A program made the position numbers and the translations under genes. Shown here one piece after another: positions 27,176 to 32,000 of a stretch of 32,000 nt of DNA; the first letter of the stretch is position 1, and the number at the start of each line of letters is the position of its first letter. Source of the stretch: Nitrosomonas europaea (GTDB lineage: Bacteria; Pseudomonadota; Gammaproteobacteria; Burkholderiales; Nitrosomonadaceae); the NCBI RefSeq assembly GCF_900167395.1, contig NZ_FUWK01000013.1, positions 1-32,000 of the forward strand, written 5' to 3'. The notes under the pieces are model-generated. The model was not told the origin of the DNA and did not search any database. It was given only the letters and a program-made list of their open reading frames with translations.

Positions 27176-27197
27176 AAGTAGACTGATCAGTCTACTT
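27176..27197. promoter_or_regulatory. Perfect 22-bp palindrome, candidate operator in a divergent intergenic region
   Basis: AAGTAGACTGA|TCAGTCTACTT, with all 11 pairs checked base by base. It lies between the minus-strand membrane/PD40/TPR genes (start 26952) and the plus-strand USP gene (start 27463). There is no loop, so it looks like a dimer-binding site rather than a terminator. Confidence 0.4.
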
Positions 27198-27462
27198 GTG
27201 GAAAAGAATATACCTGAAATAGTGGGATGACAAGATTAGATAAATGAATGTCTGATCCTGGGTTGTTTGAATATTTTCTTATTTTTCTTATTCATAAGAT
27301 TGAGGACTGAATCCTGATATCCAGCATTTTTGAGATATTCCCGGGATGGGAAGGTTATAAATACGATACAGGTGTTTCTCTGCAGCACCCGCCTCATAGA
27401 TCTGGCAAAAGGGGATGAGTGAATCTATACTTATCCGATGACCTGTGAACAGGGGTATCCAT

Positions 27463-28425
27463 ATGATCAGACGGACACTTATCCCGTTGGATGGCTCTGA
27501 ACTGGCGGAGCGAGCCATTCCTCATCTGCTGCGTTTCGTCGAACCGGATCAGACTGAACTGCTGCTGATGGCGGCATTGTCATCCACTTCTTCTTCCTTG
27601 TTTGAGGATACCGCCAGATTGCTCATGTCAGGGCAAACGGCTCTGTCGAAGGGACATGAAGCAGGTAAGCGAGTGGATATCGTGGCGCAGCAACTTCGTC
27701 AGACCGGTTTCAATGTGGCGAACCGGCTCCTGTCGGGAGCGCCGGCTGCAAGCATTCTGCATCTGGCAGAAGAGGCATATGTTGATCTGATTGCCATGTC
27801 AACACATGGCAGAACCGGTCTGGGGCAGGTGCTGCTCGGCAGCGTGGCAGACGAAGTAGTACGTAATGCCCGTCCACCGGTATTTTTAGTGCCTGCCGCA
27901 GTGGTGGTGAAACCTGATTCTTTACCTCGTACCATTCTTCTGCCACTCGACGGTACTCCTCTGGCAGAGACGGCCATTCCCGTTGCCAGCCAGTTTGCGC
28001 AGAATACGGGAGCAACTATCTATCTGATCCGTGTCGTTGAACCGGGTGATTCCGGGGATGAACTGCAGGATGCGCAAATACTTGCCGGTTCGGATTATGC
28101 CGGCGAACAACCCATCATCCGGCAGGCGATCAGCTATCTGGAACGGATACGGTTGCGGTTGCAACTGGCGGGTGTTTCGTCCTGCAGCCGGATTGCAGCC
28201 GGCGATCCGGCTGATGTCATTGCTCGCATCGTGCATGCAGAAGATGCCGATCTGATCGTGATGAGTACGCATGGCCGGTCAGGTATGGAGCGTATGGTTC
28301 ATGGCAGTGTCGTCAGCCGGATCATTGGTAATACGATCTGTCCACTGTTGCTGATGCGTGGAAGGGTACCTGTCGAGGCTTATGAACGTACTGGTAACGA
28401 AGTATCGGCGGTTTCTTTCTGCTGA
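27463..28425 (+). CDS. Tandem-domain universal stress protein (UspA family)
   Basis: Two USP domains, each opening with the typical I-x-x-P-L-D-G-S/T-x-x-A-E-x-A-I pattern (TLIPLDGSELAERAI and ILLPLDGTPLAETAI). Each ends with the ATP-binding G-x2-G-x9-G-S motif (STHGRTGLGQVLLGSVADEVVRNA and STHGRSGMERMVHGSVVSRIIGN). ATG 27463 is preferred over GTG 27445. Confidence 0.85.
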   Translation: MIRRTLIPLDGSELAERAIPHLLRFVEPDQTELLLMAALSSTSSSLFEDTARLLMSGQTALSKGHEAGKRVDIVAQQLRQTGFNVANRLLSGAPAASILHLAEEAYVDLIAMSTHGRTGLGQVLLGSVADEVVRNARPPVFLVPAAVVVKPDSLPRTILLPLDGTPLAETAIPVASQFAQNTGATIYLIRVVEPGDSGDELQDAQILAGSDYAGEQPIIRQAISYLERIRLRLQLAGVSSCSRIAAGDPADVIARIVHAEDADLIVMSTHGRSGMERMVHGSVVSRIIGNTICPLLLMRGRVPVEAYERTGNEVSAVSFC

Positions 28426-28462
28426 CTGTCAGGGTTGAGCAAGTTCTGAATCACCAGGTAGT

Positions 28463-28482
28463 TGTAACAACCTGTATTTCAA
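28463..28482 (+). repeat. Copy 1 of the 20-bp motif TGTAACAACCTGYAWTTCAA
   Basis: TGTAACAACCTGTATTTCAA, 37 nt after the USP stop. A partial partner CAGGTTG lies at 28497-28503. Confidence 0.6.
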
Positions 28483-28490
28483 ACTGTATT

Positions 28491-28610
28491 GACCAGCAGG
28501 TTGCGGAATTAAAGCAAAGAGTCATGGCAGGGGAACAAAAAGCATTGCTCGTCCGCAACTTTGTTATCAGCCGTGAGACGTTATACTAGTATCTGAAAAC
28601 GGTAGACTGA
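28491..28610 (+). pseudogene. Remnant of the C-terminal HTH tail of a serine recombinase / resolvase, with an in-frame stop
   Basis: Hand translation: DQQVAELKQRVMAGEQKALLVRNFVISRETLY*YLKTVD*, with TAG at 28587-28589 and TGA at 28608-28610. The pattern x-Q-V-A-E-L-K-x-x-x-A-x-G-E-x-K, then F-x-[IV]-S-R-x-T-L-Y-x-Y-L, is the usual end of resolvase/invertase HTH_7 domains. No catalytic domain lies upstream. Confidence 0.5.
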
Positions 28611-28746
28611 ATATGGTCGTTGCAACGACCGTCGCCTGAACTACCATGACGTTCTTAATGGATTCCTTTTGAGAACGATATCTATGTCATTTTTACAGTA
28701 TTAAGTTTGCATGACTGAAGAAATACCTTTTTGAATTTCACCTCAC

Positions 28747-29097
28747 ATGACCTGGATCCTTACCAAATACTTTATAACTGCAGCAGTTGTTGTGATCGTC
28801 TCAGAATTTGCAAAACGCAGTGACAAGCTCGGAGCCTTGGTCGCTGCACTGCCAATGGTAACGATCCTCACGTTGATCTGGCTTCATGTAGAAAATCAGC
28901 CGGAAACCAAAATTGCCAATCATGCGTGGTATACATTCTGGTATGTCGTGCCAACGCTCCCGATGTTCCTGATTTTCCCATTCTTGCTGCAACACTTCGG
29001 ATTTTGGCTTGCTCTGACACTCAGTGCTTTCATTACGATCGCCTGTTTCGGAGTTTTTGCCCTCCTGGTCCGCAGGTATGGGATTAATCTCATGTAA
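28747..29097 (+). CDS. Small four-TM membrane protein, DUF3147-like
   Basis: 116 aa with four hydrophobic segments. The N-terminus LTKYFITAAVVVIVSEFAKRSDKLGALVAALPMVTILTLIWL matches my recollection of the DUF3147 family. No clear SD. Confidence 0.6.
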   Translation: MTWILTKYFITAAVVVIVSEFAKRSDKLGALVAALPMVTILTLIWLHVENQPETKIANHAWYTFWYVVPTLPMFLIFPFLLQHFGFWLALTLSAFITIACFGVFALLVRRYGINLM

Positions 29098-29125
29098 TAC
29101 AGATACTTTAGAAAAGCTTCATGCT

Positions 29126-29145
29126 TGTAACAACCTGCAATTCAA
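29126..29145 (+). repeat. Copy 2 of the 20-bp motif (left arm of an inverted pair)
   Basis: TGTAACAACCTGCAATTCAA, 28 nt after the DUF3147 stop. It matches copy 1 at 18/20. Confidence 0.6.
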
Positions 29146-29176
29146 GCTAGCCGATCTATAATGAATGCTATCCAGG

Positions 29177-29196
29177 TTGAAGTTCAGGTTGTTACA
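29177..29196 (-). repeat. Copy 3 of the 20-bp motif (right arm, inverted)
   Basis: The reverse complement of 29177-29196 is TGTAACAACCTGAACTTCAA, matching copy 2 at 18/20 with a 31-nt spacer. An extra CAGGTTG core lies at 29174-29180. Confidence 0.6.
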
Positions 29197-29298
29197 GGTA
29201 GTGTTTCAGAGATGTTGGAGCGTACATCGTAAGGTGTATGAAACAGTAGTGGAATATCCGGAATGGCAGAAGAGTTACCGCAATTTATCGTAGTATCC

Positions 29299-29325
29299 CA
29301 ATAGCCCGATATAATCGGGCTATTG
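29299..29325. promoter_or_regulatory. 27-bp palindrome (12-bp perfect arms) centred on a TATAAT hexamer
   Basis: CAATAGCCCGAT-ATA-ATCGGGCTATTG, with all 12 pairs checked. TATAAT occupies 29310-29315. The structure ends 28 nt upstream of ATG 29354. There is no adjacent T-tract, so it is not a classical terminator. Confidence 0.4.
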
Positions 29326-29353
29326 AATAATATGGCTTGAAACTGGAAAAATC

Positions 29354-29830
29354 ATGGTTTGGGTAATTGGATTGATCGTGCTGATACTGCTGATCGTATC
29401 AGCATGGTTCCGTAAGGTGGCAGTGAGCGTGATCATTGTTACCGGGGTGGTCGGCAGTCTCATTTATGTTCTGAATGAACGTGAGGAAGAGCGCGCTCTT
29501 TCCCGTATCTCGCTGGCGGAACTGGATTTTGAAAATGTGGCACTCAAGCCCAGTTACAGTGGATACAAGCTGTCTGGTCGTATCAAAAACAATTCACAGG
29601 AATTTACACTCAAGCAGGTCAATCTGCTGATCATCATGCAGGATTGCACCGGTACACCGGATTCTCAGGACTGTGTGACTATCGGGGAAAGTCACGAGAA
29701 TATGGATCTCAACATTCCACCCGGTCAGGCCCGTGACTTTGAAAAATCCCTGTATTTTCCCGGGGGCAACCTCAAACTCCTGGGTAAACTGGAGTGGAAT
29801 TACTCTGTTTCCGGGATAAAGGGTGAATAA
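29354..29830 (+). CDS. Hypothetical membrane-anchored protein (two N-terminal TM segments + about 110-aa soluble domain)
   Basis: VWVIGLIVLILLIVSAWF and VSVIIVTGVVGSLIYVL are followed by a beta-rich domain containing a Cys pair (MQDCTGTPDSQDCV). No family is recognised. The call rests on ORF length and a coding-like composition only. Confidence 0.5.
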   Translation: MVWVIGLIVLILLIVSAWFRKVAVSVIIVTGVVGSLIYVLNEREEERALSRISLAELDFENVALKPSYSGYKLSGRIKNNSQEFTLKQVNLLIIMQDCTGTPDSQDCVTIGESHENMDLNIPPGQARDFEKSLYFPGGNLKLLGKLEWNYSVSGIKGE

Positions 29831-29866
29831 TCGTTACTGAGCTGAGAACAATGTGTAAGTTTTTCC

Positions 29867-30427
29867 TTAAAACCACCTGCTTGCTGCAATGATCAGCCAG
29901 TAATAAAGGAAAAAGCGGGGAATCCGGAATACCAGTACAGCGGCCAGAACGGTCGTTCCGCGCAGTGCCATCATGCCCGCTGCCCAGCAGGTCACTGAAA
30001 ATGGGAACGGTGTGATCGACCCGATCGCGATCGCCCAGAATCCGTAACGGTGAATGAATTCCCGCTGATTCTCCTCAAGCTCCCCGAGTATGCGTTTTAT
30101 GAACCCGAAATGCCCCAGCCAGCGGCCGATTCCCCAGCCGAGCATACCTGCTACACAGGAAACCACCCCGAGTATCGATACATACATGAACCAGTGTTCA
30201 GACAGTGAACTTTTGGCAATGACCAGTAGCAGAACATCCGGCGGAAAGGGTGTGATCAACGTATCCGTTACCAGCAGAATCAGGCAAAGGCCAAGAAAAC
30301 CGATTTGATCGACGATCCAGTTCGTTCCTGCTTCCAGCTCCTCTTCGAACAGATAGCCTATTGCAGCCATGGTGAGAACAAATATTGCCAATGCTATGAG
30401 GGTTTTAATCAGGTTTTCACTGATCAT
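29867..30427 (-). CDS. YqaA / DedA-superfamily (VTT domain) inner-membrane protein
   Basis: Multi-TM protein containing LITPFPPDVLLLVIA and FWAIAIGSITPFPFSVTCWAAGMMAL, which are typical of YqaA-like proteins. The start is set at ATG 30427 (AGGAGA 9 nt upstream); the ORF opens at 30466. Confidence 0.65.
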   Translation of the reverse strand: MISENLIKTLIALAIFVLTMAAIGYLFEEELEAGTNWIVDQIGFLGLCLILLVTDTLITPFPPDVLLLVIAKSSLSEHWFMYVSILGVVSCVAGMLGWGIGRWLGHFGFIKRILGELEENQREFIHRYGFWAIAIGSITPFPFSVTCWAAGMMALRGTTVLAAVLVFRIPRFFLYYWLIIAASRWF

Positions 30428-30654
30428 CGATTCATGTCTCCTGTGCCGGAAATAATATTGACGCAATATACAAAAATGCAGGCAGCTCTGGTGTTCTGAT
30501 TTTTCCCATAATCGGCATGGATCAATGGGTGGAGCTGTTCATGATACGGCCATGATCGTTGCGTCAGTACCTGATTTTTGGATTACCTGGCCGGACCAGC
30601 GGCAGGTTTGACTAACCTCCCGGCTTTACGTATATTTTTTCGAGTAATGAAGAT

Positions 30655-30780
30655 TCACCCACCGAGCAAGTTAGCAATGCGCCAGCCGGCGACCAGCAAG
30701 CCAGCTCTCTTTTTCAGGAGAAAAACAGCATGGCGAGTTTGCCCTCGTTCTTTGTATTCCTTTATGTTTACTTTTGTCAT
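30655..30780 (-). CDS. Candidate 41-aa small protein
   Basis: MTKVNIKEYKERGQTRHAVFLLKKRAGLLVAGWRIANLLGG*. GGAGG lies 4 nt upstream of ATG 30780. The N-terminus is basic and the C-terminal half is hydrophobic. No homology is recognised and it could be spurious. Confidence 0.3.
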   Translation of the reverse strand: MTKVNIKEYKERGQTRHAVFLLKKRAGLLVAGWRIANLLGG

Positions 30781-30887
30781 ATCGCCTCCAATCGCTGCTG
30801 TTACAGTCTGGTTGCAGGAAAGGGCTGCGTATCGTTTCCCGGCATCGCGCCATTCGGGTGTGCTGATGCTTCCAGGAGATTGCTGAC

Positions 30888-31883
30888 ATGAGAACAATGA
30901 TACAAATACTCGTCGCTGTGCTCATGGCTCTTACAGTCCTGTCAGTGCATGCCGAACGAAGACCCCATCTCGTGCTGGCCGGACCATTGGCGGCCGTATC
31001 ATTTCCACTGATCCACATGGTCGAGTCAGGCACCCTGGCTGATCTGGCCGAGACAGTCGAATTCGTCTCCTGGCGGGATCCCGATCAACTGCGTGTACTT
31101 GCACTCAAGAACAAGGCTGATGTACTTGCCATGCCGACCAACGTCGCGGCAAACCTGTACAACCGCGGTACTGACCTTGAGCTGATCAACGTATCGACCT
31201 GGGGAATTCTGTGGCTGGTCTCGCGCCGTGACAAACTGGAAACACTGGCTGATCTGAAGGGTGAGGAAATTGCAATTCCGTTTCGCGCCGACATGCCTGA
31301 TCTGCTGTTCGGACTGATCAGCGAAGCTCAGGGGCTGGATCCGCGCCACGACTTCAAACTGCGCTATGTAGCAACACCGATGGATGCGATGCAGTTACTG
31401 ATTGCGCGCCGCATCGATCACGCTCTGCTTGCCGAACCAGCTGTATCGATGGCGCTGCGCCGCACACAATCATTTCCGATCAGTGTCATTGCACCTGAAC
31501 TGCATCGTTCGATCGATCTGCAGGCTGAATGGGGACGTGTACTGGAACGTGCACCGCGTATCCCGCAGGCCGGTATCGTCGCCATGGGCACGATACGTCA
31601 TGATCCAGACCTGATCGCACGTATCCACGATGCCTACCGCAACTCACTCGCATGGTGTCAGGCAAATGCCCTCGAATGCGGACGGCTCGTCGCTACCTAT
31701 ACCGATATGCTCAGCGCTGAAGCAGTCAGTGATGCAATCGCTGTCAGTCCGCTGGAAGCCGTACCCGCTGCAGCCGCACGTAACGAACTGGAATTTCTTT
31801 TCACAACATTGATGCACCGTAATCCCGCCGTAATCGGGGGACGCATGCCCGATGATGATTTTTACGGGCACGGTTCGCCGTGA
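30888..31883 (+). CDS. ABC transporter periplasmic substrate-binding protein (NMT1/THI5-like, NitT/TauT family)
   Basis: Signal peptide MRTMIQILVAVLMALTVLSVHA and a two-lobe SBP-like sequence of 331 aa. Its stop overlaps the start of a permease gene (GTGA at 31880-31883). Confidence 0.7.
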   Translation: MRTMIQILVAVLMALTVLSVHAERRPHLVLAGPLAAVSFPLIHMVESGTLADLAETVEFVSWRDPDQLRVLALKNKADVLAMPTNVAANLYNRGTDLELINVSTWGILWLVSRRDKLETLADLKGEEIAIPFRADMPDLLFGLISEAQGLDPRHDFKLRYVATPMDAMQLLIARRIDHALLAEPAVSMALRRTQSFPISVIAPELHRSIDLQAEWGRVLERAPRIPQAGIVAMGTIRHDPDLIARIHDAYRNSLAWCQANALECGRLVATYTDMLSAEAVSDAIAVSPLEAVPAAAARNELEFLFTTLMHRNPAVIGGRMPDDDFYGHGSP

Positions 31884-32000
31884 TTCTGCTGCGCAGCGGG
31901 TTGAAATCGTTCCTGATCTATTTGTGGAGCGGCTGGGGGGCAATCGCGAGCCTGATGCTGTTTCTCGCCGTCTGGGAATGGGCCGGTCTGTATTACGGTG
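31880..32000 (+). CDS. ABC transporter permease (TauC/SsuC-like), N-terminal fragment running off the window
   Basis: GTG 31880 overlaps the SBP stop. Translation: VILLRSGLKSFLIYLWSGWGAIASLMLFLAVWEWAGLYYG. The L-x-x-W-E-W motif after the first TM is typical of this permease family. Confidence 0.55.
   Translation, partial: MILLRSGLKSFLIYLWSGWGAIASLMLFLAVWEWAGLYYG

Noticed and set aside
27181-28610. The 9-mer GTAGACTGA is shared between the 22-bp palindrome (both arms) and the end of the recombinase remnant (28602-28610).
   Set aside because: A single extra 9-mer match in 32 kb on two strands has a chance expectation of roughly 0.2. That is not enough to link the two sites.
30569-30592. ACCTGATTTTTGGATTACCTGGCC upstream of the NMT1/THI5-like binding-protein gene resembles the ACCUGAUCUGGAUAAUGCCAGC core of TPP riboswitches.
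   Set aside because: The obligatory CUGAGA element and the P1/P2 pairing partners are not found upstream. The CCAGC arm is replaced. A candidate small ORF on the other strand separates it from the gene. A covariance-model scan would settle the question.
1-32000. I scanned for CRISPR arrays, rRNA or tRNA genes, reverse transcriptases, and nuclease or ATPase defence modules.
   Set aside because: There are no regularly spaced direct repeats, no conserved RNA-gene signatures, and no ORFs with such motifs. The only recombination- or TA-related material is the three decayed stubs reported above.

Overview
The window reads as a chromosomal mosaic from a Nitrosomonas-like betaproteobacterial ammonia oxidiser. 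That assignment is an inference from gene content, mainly the sucrose synthase / sucrose-phosphate synthase / fructokinase cluster, several FecIR and TonB-receptor genes, and an IS element. Left to right: (1) the right end of an IS with a DDE/rve transposase that truncates a FecA-type TonB-dependent transducer; (2) dinB with an antitoxin stub abutting it; (3) an apparently orphaned fecI-fecR pair; (4) a P1B-type Cu/Ag ATPase with a non-classical N-terminal Cys/His metal-binding motif; (5) an SDR oxidoreductase; (6) the minus-strand fructokinase, SPS and sucrose synthase cluster; (7) a tightly coupled ybhGFSR-like operon (HlyD, double ATPase, two ABC-2 permeases); (8) a Phd-type antitoxin stub, a Cam-type gamma carbonic anhydrase and a glutathione peroxidase; (9) a TonB-dependent receptor with a good Fur box; (10) an AT-richer stretch at about 23.3-30.5 kb holding poorly characterised genes: a secreted TPR-like protein, a PD40 beta-propeller, a bitopic membrane protein, a tandem USP, DUF3147, a two-TM ORFan and a YqaA/DedA-like protein; (11) the start of a NitT/TauT-type ABC importer. 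I found no rRNA, tRNA or CRISPR array, and no recognisable complete defence or toxin system. The most unusual structure is in the AT-richer stretch. A 20-bp motif occurs three times (its CAACCTG core five times), bracketing a decayed recombinase HTH remnant and the DUF3147 gene. There is also a perfect 22-bp palindrome in a divergent promoter region, a 27-bp palindrome centred on TATAAT, and a frame that stays open for 72 codons past a stop codon. The membrane / PD40 / TPR gene string lies tail-to-tail with the Fur-controlled receptor. It is the best candidate for an uncharacterised envelope module, but the sequence shows no catalytic or defence signature, so that idea is speculative.
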